Of a DNA stretch of 64,000 bases, positions 1-13,766 are shown piece after piece. The notes under the pieces were generated by a model, which saw only the letters and a list, made by a program, of their open reading frames with translations, searched no databases and had not been told where the DNA came from. Each line of letters opens with the position of its first letter. Within the stretch, counting starts at the first letter, position 1. Origin of the DNA: Macrostomum lignano. Its lineage: Eukaryota. The translations under genes were made by a program, and so were the position numbers. The stretch is taken from positions 496,001 through 560,000 of the forward strand of contig NIVC01000084.1 in NCBI GenBank assembly GCA_002269645.1, given 5' to 3'.

Positions 1-341
1 ACCATTTTCGAACTGTCTGCTTAGTTGGTGCATAGTTGCCAAGCACTTGCTGAAGCTCGCTAAACATATCCGGTGGCTTTTTTCCTTGCAGAAACTGAAA
101 CTTCATCAAGCTTTGAACATCTTGCTTTGAAAATGATTCAGCCATGGCCAAGAAATTGAGTGGTAGCTGATAGAAATTTTCGCTGCTCTAACATAGTTGC
201 AAACTGAGGCTTACAACCCTAGACAACCCTAGAAACGTTTAGGCCATAGAAAAAACTTGGTGAAATCGCTAAAATTCTGTTTACAACGCTTTCTAAAAAT
301 AAATGCCAAAGGACCAAAAAGAACTTTTTGAATACACCTCG
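1..341 (-). mobile_element. 5' end of a mariner-family DNA transposon (runs off the window start), antisense in the first visible DNAAF4 intron
   Basis: The minus strand from ATG at 145 reads MAESFSKQDVQSLMKFQFLQGKKPPDMFSELQQVLGNYAPTKQTVRKW, a mariner N-terminal HTH (HTH_48-like). The minus-strand terminus TA-CGAGGTGTATTCAAAAAGTTC (TA at 342-343) resembles mariner TIRs. Confidence 0.75.
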
Positions 342-1495
342 TAACACTAAACACTATACTTAAAATGGATTCATTTCTTAAAGCTATCTCATTTTTTATG
401 CAAATACAATCCTTAATTTTCTTTTTTTCTATTTTCTTTTAGGCCTACCCTATATTAAAAATTTAGCATTTTAAGTTGTTCCTTTTACTATCAAAGAATA
501 TTAAATGAATTGACTAGCCTAGCCATTATATCCTAATATCACTTATATTAAAATACCCCCTCCCCTAATTCCCTTTGGTAGAAAACTATAAAACTGTTTT
601 ATGTCTTATGTTAAAAAAATATTGCAAGAAATATATAAGCTTTCAACTATAAAAGTATAAAAATATCACTTGCTTTCAAGTGTATATATTTGAATATAAT
701 TTATCTTATCATCTTATCTTATCTTATTTTCTGATCAATGTGACTTTTTCACCTCTAGTTGCAACTTAGTTGTTTCTGGTTGTGACATGGTCTTTGTCTT
801 TGCTTCTTTCTATTTTATTTTCTTTGTTTCTTTGTTTTTGTTTGACATAACACTTCTTTTATGTTTCACAAAATGTTGCTCTTTGTTTGGCATGATACTT
901 TTATAATTAACATGATGTTCCTATTTTTATTTCTTTTGTTAAGTTTTATTTTTATTAAAAATTATTTCAAAAAATTATTTTTTTCTACTAAAATTCAAAC
1001 TAGGTTGCTACATTAGCCTTTCTGTCATTTCATATCTAGGCTAGCTCTTATTGTTTCAATATTGTGAATTATAGTAGTTATAGTTTTGTTAAACACTCAC
1101 ATTGAATTAGTTAGAGTAAAAGTCACAAGGCAGCTATTATGATCAATTACCTAGGCAGTTAGTATCAGTCTTTATTAAAGTTAAGACAATAGTTACAGAA
1201 TATCAATATGAAGTACAGTACTATATGATTCCACACTGTAGATTAGCAATATGGTGCAATTCAAATCAGTGTCAAAATTCAGTTAGGGCCTAGTAAACTG
1301 ACAAATAAAAAGCCTAGTGTGATACAATCTTTATCAAAATCAGAATTCAGTAATTCATTTTTTTCTCCAGCAGTTTTACAATGCATTTCAAGTCAAAAAG
1401 TCTGCTTGACCTTTGGAAAGGGATTTTTTGAATATTTAATCTGCTTAGCTATGAGCAATTTCTTAGCCAAGAAACATATTTTTATTTATTTTTAG

Positions 1496-1646
1496 GTATC
1501 CTTTTCGCCATACATTTTTGAGTGCTTTTTCTATCAGCCAATCTCAGAAGATCAATCAACATGTGTGGCTGACAGCGGTATTATGCAGGTCACTGCCACC
1601 AAAATGGAGCAAATTGCTTGGCCACAATTGATGATTGATAATGCCG
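1496..1646 (+). CDS. DNAAF4: DNAAF4/DYX1C1 internal exon (CS/p23 domain)
   Basis: tttttag acceptor at 1495 and g|gtaatt donor at 1647. Translates VSFSPYIFECFFYQPISEDQSTCVADSGIMQVTATKMEQIAWPQLMIDNA, matching human [20 protein letters not shown]...W. The first exon lies upstream of the window. Not in the ORF track. Confidence 0.9.
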
Positions 1647-1789
1647 GTAATTAATGCCTATTTATCCTATCAAGGCATGAAAGTATTGCTACTAAGGGAA
1701 AGTCAAAAACTACTACTACAGATTAACAGTTACAAATTTAATAAAAGTTAAGCATGGTTGAGGTAGAAAGACAGGTGAGGAGAGGGAAG

Positions 1790-3170
1790 AGAGGGAAAGA
1801 GGCAAAGGAGGAGATAGATAGAGGTGGAGAAACGGTAGAGTACAGGACAGGTAGAGGGGAAGAGGCGGTAGATAAAACAAGGCAGATAGACGGAAGGGAC
1901 AGGTAGATATGGAAGAGACAGGGAAAGGGACAGGTGGAGATAAGAAGTAGAGAAGGGACAGGTATAGGAAATAAGAGAGACAAAGGGGCAGATACAGGTA
2001 GAGAGGAAGAGACAGGTAAAGGGGGAGAGATAGGTACAGGGAGATGTAGGTAGAGAAAAAAGACAGGTAGACGGGAATAGATAGGGAGAGGTGGGAGACA
2101 CAGAAAAAGACAGAGGCAGTTACATGGGAAGAGACAGGTAGAAGGGAACAGACAGGTAGAGGGGAGAGACAGGTAAATAGACAGAAAAGAAAGAGGCAGA
2201 GACAGGTAGAGGGGAGAGACAGGTAAATAGACAGAAGAGAAAGAGGCAGAGACAGGTAGAGGGGAGAGACAGGTAAATAGACAGAAGAGAAAGAGGCAGA
2301 GACAGGTAGAGGGGAGAGACAGGTAAATAGACAGAAGAGAAAGAGGCAGAGACAGGTAGAGGGGAGAGACAGGTAAATAGACAGAAAAGAAAGAGGCAGA
2401 GACAGGTAGAGGGGAGAGACAGGTAAATAGACAGAAAAGAAAGAGGCAGAGACAGGTAGAGGGGAGAGACAGGTAAATAGACAGAAGAGAAAGAGGCAGA
2501 GACAGGTAGAGGGGAGAGACAGGTAAATAGACAGAAAAGAAAGAGGCAGAGACAGGTAGAGGGGAGAGACAGGTAAATAGACAGAAGAGAAAGGGGCAGA
2601 CTGGTAGAGGGGAGAGACAGGTAAATAGACAGAAAAGAAAGAGGCAGAGACAGGTAGAGGGGAGAGACAGGTAAATAGACAGAAGAGAAAGGGGCAGAGA
2701 CTGGTAAAGGGGAGAGACAGGTAAATAGACAGAAGAGAAAGAGGCAGAGACTGGTAAAGGGGAGAGACAGGTAAATAGACAGAAGAGAAAGGGGCAGACT
2801 GGTAGAGGGGAGAGACAGGTAAATAGACAGAAAAGAAAGAGGCAGAGACAGGTAGAGGGGAGAGACAGGTAAATAGACAGAAGAGAAAGGGGCAGAGACT
2901 GGTAAAGGGGAGAGACAGGTAAATAGACAGAAGAGAAAGAGGCAGAGACAGGTAGAGGGGAGAGACAGGTAAATAGACAGAAGAGAAAGAGGCAGAGACA
3001 GGTAGAGGGGAGAGACAGGTAAATAGACAGAAGAGAAAGGGGCAGAGACTGGTAAAGGGGAGAGACAGGTAAATAGACAGAAAAGAAAGAGGCAGAGACA
3101 GGTAGAGGGGAGAGACAGGTAAATAGACAGAAGAGAAAGGGGCAGAGACTGGTAAAGGGGACAGACAAAC
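1790..3170 (+). repeat. Purine-rich intronic minisatellite: regular 50-bp unit from about 2133 to 3167, degenerate 5' part
   Basis: Unit GACAGGTAGAGGGGAGAGACAGGTAAATAGACAGAAGAGAAAGAGGCAGA, about 21 copies. Confidence 0.95.
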
Positions 3171-3200
3171 AAGATCCCACCGCCGCCGCCGCTGCCCCAG

Positions 3201-3712
3201 AGGACAAATCGGTGACCCGTGAGATTCGCGACCGGTCGATGGTCCGCCTGGCCGAGCGGCTTCAAGCAGCCGAGTCCGCGGCCAAAGCCGGCCACCGAGC
3301 CAATGAGCAGCTCAGCCTGAAAGAGCAGATGAAGCTTGAGGATGCTGATCGAGCCAGAATTGAAGCTGCCAAACAGGCCGAGCGCGACTCGGCGATGCGC
3401 GAACTCGAAGAGTTTCGTCTGCGTCAGGAGCGTCTGCGTCAGGATGCTAAACGGGTGTTTCGCGAAGAGATTGCAGCGGAGGAATCTGCTGCTATAGAGC
3501 AGGAGGAAAAAGGCGTGAAAAGTTTCGCAGCTGACGAAAGCTCAGAAGAAGAAACTCGCCAGGTTGAGCAGCTGACGCAGTCAAATCGAAAGCAGCCGAT
3601 ATCGGTGGAATCGGTGCTGGGAGTTCGCGAGCCTGGCCGCATCGGTGTCAGCTTCACTGCCAGGGTGTTTCCAACTCCAGAGAGGGAGTCGCAAAAGGCG
3701 CTGGAAGAGGAG
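3201..3712 (+). CDS. DNAAF4: DNAAF4 internal exon (coiled coil to FPTPERES motif)
   Basis: cccag acceptor at 3200 (phase 1, fits the previous exon) and gag|gtacgt donor at 3713. DKSVTREIRDRSM...FTARVFPTPERESQKALEEE matches human DKEMMQRIREKS...[20 protein letters not shown]. Confidence 0.92.
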
Positions 3713-3774
3713 GTACGTTGGTTAATTGATCATCAGTGTGAAATAATTAATTTATAATATGTTGAGGGGACGGT

Positions 3775-6700
3775 TGCAACCTCTTTATACAACCACAATG
3801 AACTGCAACCTCAAAAGTTCAACAACCACAATAAACTGCAACCTCATACATTCAACAACCACAATGAACTGCAACCTCAAAAGTTCAACAACCACAATAA
3901 ACTGCAACCTCATACATTCAACAACCACAATAAACTGCACCCTCATAGATTCAACAACCACAATAAACTGCAACCTCATAGATTCAACAACCACAATAAA
4001 CTGCAACCTCATAGATTCAACAACCACAATAAACTGCAACCTCATAGATTCGACAACCACAATAAACTGCAGCCTCAGATTCAACAACCACAATAAACTG
4101 CAGCCTCATAGATTTATCAACCAGAATAAACTGCAACCTCAAAATTTCAACAACCACAATAAACTGCAGCCTTATAGATTTATCAACCAGAATAAACTGC
4201 AACCTCAAAATTTCAACAACCACAATAAACTGCAACCTCATAGATTCAACAACCACAAAAAACTGCAGCCTCATAGATTCAACAACCACAATTAAACTGC
4301 AACCTCATACATTCAACAACCACAATAAACTGCAACCTCATACATTCAACAACCACAATAAACTGCAACATCAAAAGTTCAACAACCACAATAAACTGCA
4401 ACCTCATAGATTCAACAACCACAATAAACTGCAACCTCAAAAGTTCAACAACCGCAATAAACTGCATCCTCAAACATTCAACAACCACAATAAACTGCAA
4501 CCTCAAAAGTTCAACAACCGCAATAAACTGCATCCTCATACATTCAACAACCACAATAAACTGCAACCTCAAAATTTCAACAACCACAATAAACTGCAAC
4601 CTCATAGATTCAACAACCACAATAAACTGCAACCTCAAAAGTTTAACAACCACAATAAACTGCAGCCTCATAGATTCAACAACCACAATAAACTGCAACC
4701 TCATAGATTCAACAACCACAATAAACTGCAACATCAAAAGTTCAACAACCACAATAAACTGCAACCTCAAGAGTTCAACAACCACAATAAACTGCAGCCT
4801 CATAGATTCAACAACCACAATAAACTGCAACCTCAAAATTTCGACAACCACAATAAACTGCAACCTCAAAATTTCAACAACTACAATTAACTGCAACCTC
4901 AAAATTTCACAATAAACTGCAACCTCATAGATTCAACAACCACAATAAACTGCAACCTCATAGATTCAACAACCACAATGAACTGCAACCTCAAAAGTTC
5001 AACAACCACAAAAAACTGCAACCTCATACATTCAACAACCACAATAAACTGCAACCTCATACATTCAACAACCACAATAAACTGCAACCTCAAAAGTTCA
5101 ACAACCACAATAAACTGCAACCTCATAGATTCAACAACCACAATAAACTGCAACCTCAAAAGTTCAACAACCGCAATAAACTGCATCCTCAAACATTCAA
5201 CAACCACAATAAACTGCAACCTCAAAAGTTCAACAACCGCAATAAACTGCATCCTCATACATTCAACAACCACAATAAACTGCAACCTCAAAATTTCAAC
5301 AACCACAATAAACTGCAACCTCATAGATTAAACAACCACAATAAACTGCAACCTCAAAAGTTTAACAACCACAATAAACTGCAGCCTCATAGATTCAACA
5401 ACCACAATAAACTGCAACCTCATAGATTCAACAACCACAATAAACTGCAACATCAAAAGTTCAACAACCACAATAAACTGCAACCTCAAGAGTTCAACAA
5501 CCACAATAAACTGCAGCCTCATAGATTCAACAACCACAATAAACTGCAACCTCAAAATTTCGACAACCACAATAAACTGCAACCTCAAAATTTCAACAAC
5601 TACAATTAACTGCAACCTCAAAATTTCACAATAAACTGCAACCTCATAGATTCAACAACCACAATAAACTGCAACCTCATAGATTCAACAACCACAATGA
5701 ACTGCAACCTCAAAAGTTCAACAACCACAAAAAACTGCAACCTCATACATTCAACAACCACAATAAACTGCAACCTCATACATTCAACAACCACAATAAA
5801 CTGCAACCTCAAAAGTTCAACAACCACAATAAACTGCAACCTCATAGATTCAACAACCACAATAAACTGCAACCTCAAAAGTTCAACAACCGCAATAAAC
5901 TGCATCCTCAAACATTCAACAACCACAATAAACTGCAACCTCAAAAGTTCAACAACCGCAATAAACTGCATCCTCATACATTCAACAACCACAATAAACT
6001 GCAACCTCAAAATTTCAACAACCACAATAAACTGCAACCTCAAAATTTCAACAACTACAATTAACTGCAACCTCAAAATTTCACAATAAACTGCAACCTC
6101 ATAGATTCAACAACCACAATAAACTGCAACCTCATAGATTCAACAACCACAATGAACTGCAACCTCAAAAGTTCAACAACCACAAAAAACTGCAACCTCA
6201 TACATTCAACAACCACAATAAACTGCAACCTCATACATTCAACAACCACAATAAACTGTAACCTCGTAGATTCAACAACCACAATGAACTGAATCCTCAT
6301 AGATTCAACAACCACAATAAACTGCAACCTCATAGATTCGACAACCACAATAAACTGCAGCCTCAGATTCAACAACCACAATAAACTGCAGCCTCATAGA
6401 TTTATCAACCAGAATAAACTGCAACCTCAAAATTTCAACAACCACAATAAACTGCAGCCTTATAGATTTATCAACCAGAATAAACTGCAACCTCAAAATT
6501 TCAACAACCACAATAAACTGCAACCTCATAGATTCAACAACCACAAAAAACTGCAGCCTCATAGATTCAACAACCACAATTAAACTGCAACCTCATACAT
6601 TCAACAACCACAATAAACTGCAACCTCATACATTCAACAACCACAATAAACTGCAACATCAAAAGTTCAACAACCACAATAAACTGCAACCTCATAGATT

Positions 6701-9700
6701 CAACAACCACAATAAACTGCAACCTCAAAAGTTCAACAACCGCAATAAACTGCATCCTCAAACATTCAACAACCACAATAAACTGCAACCTCAAAAGTTC
6801 AACAACCGCAATAAACTGCATCCTCATACATTCAACAACCACAATAAACTGCAACCTCAAAATTTCAACAACCACAATAAACTGCAACCTCATAGATTAA
6901 ACAACCACAATAAACTGCAACCTCAAAAGTTTAACAACCGCAATAAACTGCATCCTCAAACATTCAACAACCACAATAAACTGCAACCTCAAAAGTTCAA
7001 CAACCGCAATAAACTGCATCCTCATACATTCAACAACCACAATAAACTGCAACCTCAAAATTTCAACAACCACAATAAACTGCAACCTCATAGATTAAAC
7101 AACCACAATAAACTGCAACCTCAAAAGTTTAACAACCACAATAAACTGCAGCCTCATAGATTCAACAACCACAATAAACTGCAACCTCATAGATTCAACA
7201 ACCACAATAAACTGCAACATCAAAAGTTCAACAACCACAATAAACTGCAACCTCAAGAGTTCAACAACCACAATAAACTGCAGCCTCATAGATTCAACAA
7301 CCACAATAAACTGCAACCTCAAAATTTCGACAACCACAATAAACTGCAACCTCAAAATTTCAACAACTACAATTAACTGCAACCTCAAAATTTCACAATA
7401 AACTGCAACCTCATAGATTCAACAACCACAATAAACTGCAACCTCATAGATTCAACAACCACAATGAACTGCAACCTCAAAAGTTCAACAACCACAAAAA
7501 ACTGCAACCTCATACATTCAACAACCACAATAAACTGCAACCTCATACATTCAACAACCACAATAAACTGCAACCTCAAAAGTTCAACAACCACAATAAA
7601 CTGCAACCTCATAGATTCAACAACCACAATAAACTGCAACCTCAAAAGTTCAACAACCGCAATAAACTGCATCCTCAAACATTCAACAACCACAATAAAC
7701 TGCAACCTCAAAAGTTCAACAACCGCAATAAACTGCATCCTCATACATTCAACAACCACAATAAACTGCAACCTCAAAATTTCAACAACCACAATAAACT
7801 GCAACCTCATAGATTCAACAACCACAATAAACTGCAACCTCAAAAGTTTAACAACCACAATAAACTGCAGCCTCATAGATTCAACAACCACAATAAACTG
7901 CAACCTCATAGATTCAACAACCACAATAAACTGCAACATCAAAAGTTCAACAACCACAATAAACTGCAACCTCAAGAGTTCAACAACCACAATAAACTGC
8001 AGCCTCATAGATTCAACAACCACAATAAACTGCAACCTCAAAATTTCGACAACCACAATAAACTGCAACCTCAAAATTTCAACAACTACAATTAACTGCA
8101 ACCTCAAAATTTCACAATAAACTGCAACCTCATAGATTCAACAACCACAATAAACTGCAACCTCATAGATTCAACAACCACAATGAACTGCAACCTCAAA
8201 AGTTCAACAACCACAAAAAACTGCAACCTCATACATTCAACAACCACAATAAACTGCAACCTCATACATTCAACAACCACAATAAACTGCAACCTCAAAA
8301 GTTCAACAACCACAATAAACTGCAACCTCATAGATTCAACAACCACAATAAACTGCAACCTCAAAAGTTCAACAACCGCAATAAACTGCATCCTCAAACA
8401 TTCAACAACCACAATAAACTGCAACCTCAAAAGTTCAACAACCGCAATAAACTGCATCCTCATACATTCAACAACCACAATAAACTGCAACCTCAAAATT
8501 TCAACAACTACAATAAACTGCAACCTCAAAATTTCAACAACTACAATTAACTGCAACCTCAAAATTTCACAATAAACTGCAACCTCATAGATTCAACAAC
8601 CACAATAAACTGCAACCTCATAGATTCAACAACCACAATGAACTGCAACCTCAAAAGTTCAACAACCACAAAAAACTGCAACCTCATACATTCAACAACC
8701 ACAATAAACTGCAACCTCATACATTCAACAACCACAATAAACTGTAACCTCGTAGATTCAACAACCACAATGAACTGAATCCTCATAGATTCAACAACCA
8801 CAATAAACTGCAACCTCAAAAGTTCAACAACCACAAAAAACTGCAACCTCATACATTCAACAACCACAATAAACTGCAACCTCAAAAGTTCAACAACCAC
8901 AAAAAACTGCAACCTCATACATTCAACAACCAACAACCACAAAAAACTGCAACCTCATACATTCAACAACCAACAACCACAAAAAACTGCAACCTCATAC
9001 ATTCAACAACCACAATAAACTGCAACCTCATAGATTCAACAACCACAATAAACTGCAACCTCAAAAGTTCAACAACCACAAAAAACTGCAACCTCATACA
9101 TTCAACAACCACAATAAACTGCAACCTCATACATTCAACAACCACAATAAACTGCAACCTCATAGATTCAACAACCACAATAAACTGCAGCCTCATAGAT
9201 TCAACAACCACAATAAACTGCAACCTCAAAATTTCGACAACCACAATAAACTGCAACCTCAAAATTTCAACAACTACAATTAACTGCAACCTCAAAATTT
9301 CACAATAAACTGCAACCTCATAGATTCAACAACCACAATAAACTGCAACCTCATAGATTCAACAACCACAATGAACTGCAACCTCAAAAGTTCAACAACC
9401 ACAAAAAACTGCAACCTCATACATTCAACAACCACAATAAACTGCAACCTCATACATTCAACAACCACAATAAACTGCAACCTCAAAAGTTCAACAACCA
9501 CAATAAACTGCAACCTCATAGATTCAACAACCACAATAAACTGCAACCTCAAAAGTTCAACAACCGCAATAAACTGCATCCTCAAACATTCAACAACCAC
9601 AATAAACTGCAACCTCAAAAGTTCAACAACCGCAATAAACTGCATCCTCATACATTCAACAACCACAATAAACTGCAACCTCAAAATTTCAACAACCACA

Positions 9701-11520
9701 ATAAACTGCAACCTCATAGATTCAACAACCACAATAAACTGCAACCTCAAAAGTTTAACAACCACAATAAACTGCAGCCTCATAGATTCAACAACCACAA
9801 TAAACTGCAACCTCATAGATTCAACAACCACAATAAACTGCAACATCAAAAGTTCAACAACCACAATAAACTGCAACCTCAAGAGTTCAACAACCACAAT
9901 AAACTGCAGCCTCATAGATTCAACAACCACAATAAACTGCAACCTCAAAATTTCGACAACCACAATAAACTGCAACCTCAAAATTTCAACAACTACAATT
10001 AACTGCAACCTCAAAATTTCACAATAAACTGCAACCTCATAGATTCAACAACCACAATAAACTGCAACCTCATAGATTCAACAACCACAATGAACTGCAA
10101 CCTCAAAAGTTCAACAACCACAAAAAACTGCAACCTCATACATTCAACAACCACAATAAACTGCAACCTCATACATTCAACAACCACAATAAACTGCAAC
10201 CTCAAAAGTTCAACAACCACAATAAACTGCAAACTCATAGATTCAACAACCACAATAAACTGCAACCTCAAAAGTTCAACAACCGCAATAAACTGCATCC
10301 TCAAACATTCAACAACCACAATAAACTGCAACCTCAAAAGTTCAACAACCGCAATAAACTGCATCCTCATACATTCAACAACCACAATAAACTGCAACCT
10401 CAAAATTTCAACAACTACAATAAACTGCAACCTCAAAATTTCAACAACTACAATTAACTGCAACCTCAAAATTTCACAATAAACTGCAACCTCATAGATT
10501 CAACAACCACAATAAACTGCAACCTCATAGATTCAACAACCACAATGAACTGCAACCTCAAAAGTTCAACAACCACAAAAACTGCAACCTCATACATTCA
10601 ACAACCACAATAAACTGCAACCTCATACATTCAACAACCACAATAAACTGCAACCTCAAAAGTTCAACAACCACAATAAACTGCAAACTCATAGATTCAA
10701 CAACCACAATAAACTGCAACCTCAAAAGTTCAACAACCGCAATAAACTGCATCCTCAAACATTCAACAACCACAATAAACTGCAACCTCAAAAGTTCAAC
10801 AACCGCAATAAACTGCATCCTCATACATTCAACAACCACAATAAACTGCAACCTCAAAATTTCAACAACTACAATAAACTGCAACCTCAAAATTTCAACA
10901 ACTACAATTAACTGCAACCTCAAAATTTCACAATAAACTGCAACCTCATAGATTCAACAACCACAATAAACTGCAACCTCATAGATTCAACAACCACAAT
11001 GAACTGCAACCTCAAAAGTTCAACAACCACAAAAAACTGCAACCTCATACATTCAACAACCACAATAAACTGCAACCTCAAAAGTTCAACAACCACAAAA
11101 AACTGCAACCTCATACATTCAACAACCAACAACCACAAAAAACTGCAACCTCATACATTCAACAACCAACAACCACAAAAAACTGCAACCTCATACATTC
11201 AACAACCACAATAAACTGCAACCTCATAGATTCAACAACCACAATAAACTGCAACCTCAAAAGTTCAACAACCACAAAAAACTGCAACCTCATACATTCA
11301 ACAACCACAATAAACTGCAACCTCATACATTCAACAACCACAATAAACTGCAACCTCATAGATTCAACAACCACAATGAACTGCAACCTCAAAAGTTCAA
11401 CAACCACAAAAAACTGCAACCTCATACATTCAACAGCCACAATAAACTGCAACCTCATAGATTCAACAACCACAATAAACTGCAACCTCATAGATTCAAC
11501 AACCACAATAAACTGCAACC
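3775..11520 (+). repeat. 7.7-kb intronic satellite, 33-bp unit, with higher-order repeats
   Basis: Unit AACAACCACAATAAACTGCAACCTCATAGATTC, about 235 copies. Variant blocks recur at offsets of 2288 (4017 vs 6305) and 1907 (7385 vs 9292; 8104 vs 10011). Confidence 0.98.
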
Positions 11521-11586
11521 TGATAGAGTCACTAATAACAATAAACCGCAAACTAACAAGTAAACCCAAAATCATGCACCATCCAG

Positions 11587-12108
11587 TGGCTGCGCAAGCA
11601 AGCGGAACGCCGCCGTCAGGCAGACGCCACAGCTGAGCCAGGAGATGCCGCCGCGGACGACTTGTCGGACCGCGAGCGCGACCCAGTCTGGCTGCGCGAC
11701 AAAGGCAACCGGCTGTTTGCTTCCGGCAATTTCTTAGCCGCTATCAACGCGTATTCGCACGCGATCTCATTGAAAAGCGAGATGCACTCGCTCTATTCCA
11801 ATCGAGCGGCCTGTCACCTCCGCCTTGGCAACTATTTTAAAGCTATGGAAGACGCTTCCAAAGCCTTAGAGCTGTTGCAGCCGCCTGTTGAGCAGAACCG
11901 ACTAGCCAGGGTGCGAGCACACTGCCGCAGAGCTGCCGCCCTGTGCGGTCTCGGCGCCAACGCCAAGGCTGTCATTGAACTGCGCGAAGCTGCCAGACTG
12001 CAGCCGGAAAATGCCGAGATCGCCGAAGACCTTCGCCGAACTGAAGCGGCCGCGGCCAAGGATGAGGAGGAGCACGATGGTGATGGACTGGACGATGTGG
12101 ACGATTGA
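11587..12108 (+). CDS. DNAAF4: DNAAF4 last exon (TPR domain)
   Basis: atccag acceptor at 11586 (phase 0). WLRKQAERRR...WLRDKGNRLFASGNFLAAINAYSHAI...YSNRAACHLRL matches human WLHKQAEARR...[26 protein letters not shown]...YLNRAACHLKL. The three exons sum to 1185 nt, in frame. Confidence 0.95.
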   Translation, partial: WLRKQAERRRQADATAEPGDAAADDLSDRERDPVWLRDKGNRLFASGNFLAAINAYSHAISLKSEMHSLYSNRAACHLRLGNYFKAMEDASKALELLQPPVEQNRLARVRAHCRRAAALCGLGANAKAVIELREAARLQPENAEIAEDLRRTEAAAAKDEEEHDGDGLDDVDD

Positions 12109-12134
12109 TTGTCTTCGGTGTGTTGCTGGAATCC

Positions 12135-12470
12135 GTCAGTTGCTGGGCCACCAGCCTCCCAGATCCTCGGTTGCTAGGCCTCTAGCCTCCCAGATCCTCA
12201 GTTGCTGGGCCAGCCTCCCAGACCCTCAGTTGCTGGGCCAGCCTCCCAGATCCTCAGTTGCTAGGCCTCTAGCCTCCCAGTTTCTCAGTTGCTGGGCCAG
12301 CCTCTCAAATTCTCAGTTGCTGGGCCAGCCTCCCAGATCCTCAGTTGCTGGGCCACCAGCCTCCCAGATCCTCAGTTGCTGGACCTCTAGCCTCCCAGAT
12401 CCCCAGTTGCTGGGCCACCAGCATCCCATAGTGTCAGTTTCTGGGCCTCTCATATCCTCAGTTGCTATGC
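12135..12470 (+). repeat. About 28-bp minisatellite just after the DNAAF4 stop (probable 3' UTR)
   Basis: Unit CCTCCCAGATCCTCAGTTGCTGGGCCAG with variants. Confidence 0.9.
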
Positions 12471-12914
12471 CCACCTTGTTTACTGTATCCCATTATCTAA
12501 CCAACTATCTTATTTGCAGTAATTACCAAGTAAATTATATAAAGTTTATCAAGGTGTATTTACATAAATTAGATGTGCACGTGTAAATGCCTAGCCTAAA
12601 AAACTATACAATTAAGCATTCCGTCCATTATTAAATTTGACCTTAAATGGCCTTAAGCTTTGATGATTTTACGTTAACTTTACAGACTGCTTTATCAGTA
12701 CGAGACACCTTAGAATGTGCCTGTCTACACACACAATAATGCTCATAGCGCTTACACAACCAGGCGTTCTTGCTATGCTTTTGAACTAAGTTTTAAATTT
12801 GTTTTTTTTATATTTCCGCTAAGCAATTTAAAAGTTTACATTGAATAAATATATTGTACAACCGTAATTATTATAGTTGATACAGCTTTCAAGAGTTTTA
12901 TTATTGAAATGCCG

Positions 12915-13760
12915 TGCTTGTTACTCCAGATCAGCTTCTGCTCACTCCAGTGCTTGCTCTGGTCACTCCAGTGCTTGCTCTGGTCACTCCAGACCAGCTT
13001 CTGTTCACTCCAGTGCTTGCTCTGGTCACTCCAGATCAGTATCTATTCACTCCAGTGCTTGCTCTGGTCACTCCAGTTCAGCTTCTATTCACTCCAGTGC
13101 TTGCTCTGGTCACTCCAGATCAGCTTCTATTCACTCCAGATCAGCTTCTATTTACTCCAGTGCTTGCTCTGGTCACTCCAGATCAGTATCTATTCACTCC
13201 AGTGCCTGCTCTGGTCACTCCAGATCAGCTTCTATTCACTCCAGTGCCTGCTCTGGTCACTCCAGATCAGTATCTATTCACTCCAGTGCTCTGGTCACTC
13301 CAGATCAGTATCTATTCACTCCAGTGCCTGCTCTGGTCACTCCAGATCAGTATCTATTCACTCCAGTGCCTGCTCTGGTCACTCCAGATCAGCTTCTATT
13401 CACTCCAGTGCCTGCTCTGGTCACTCCAGATCAGTATCTATTCACTCCAGTGCTCTGGTCACTCCAGATCAGTATCTATTCACTCCAGTGCTCTGGTCAC
13501 TTCAGATCAGTATCTATTCACTCCAGTGCCTGCTCTGGTCACTCCAGATCAGCTTCTATTCACTCCAGTGCCTGCTCTGGTCACTCCAGATCAGTATCTA
13601 TTCACTCCAGTGCTCTGGTCACTCCAGATCAGTATCTATTCACTCCAGTGCTCTGGTCACTTCAGATCAGTATCTATTCACTCCAGTGCTCTGGTCACTC
13701 CAGATCAGTATCTATTCACTCCAGTGCTTGCTCTGGTCACTCCAGTTCAGCTTCTATTCC
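12915..13760 (+). repeat. 42/38-bp minisatellite ending 6 nt before the ATG at 13767
   Basis: Unit TCTGGTCACTCCAGATCAGTATCTATTCACTCCAGTGCTTGC, plus a 4-nt-shorter variant. Confidence 0.95.
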
Positions 13761-13766
13761 CTATTC

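Noticed and set aside
1738-3295. Long Leu/Ser/Pro-rich minus-strand ORFs
   Set aside because: The antisense of a purine-rich array lacks stops by composition.
3759-11636. Dozens of ORFs (MRLQFIVVVE.. / NCNLIDSTTT..)
   Set aside because: Products of a 33-bp (3n) satellite inside a DNAAF4 intron whose flanking exons join in phase.
12877-13766. Long ORFs in all three + frames, including the first 286 codons of 12909..14279
   Set aside because: 42/38-bp array; the unique, homologous sequence begins only at ATG 13767.
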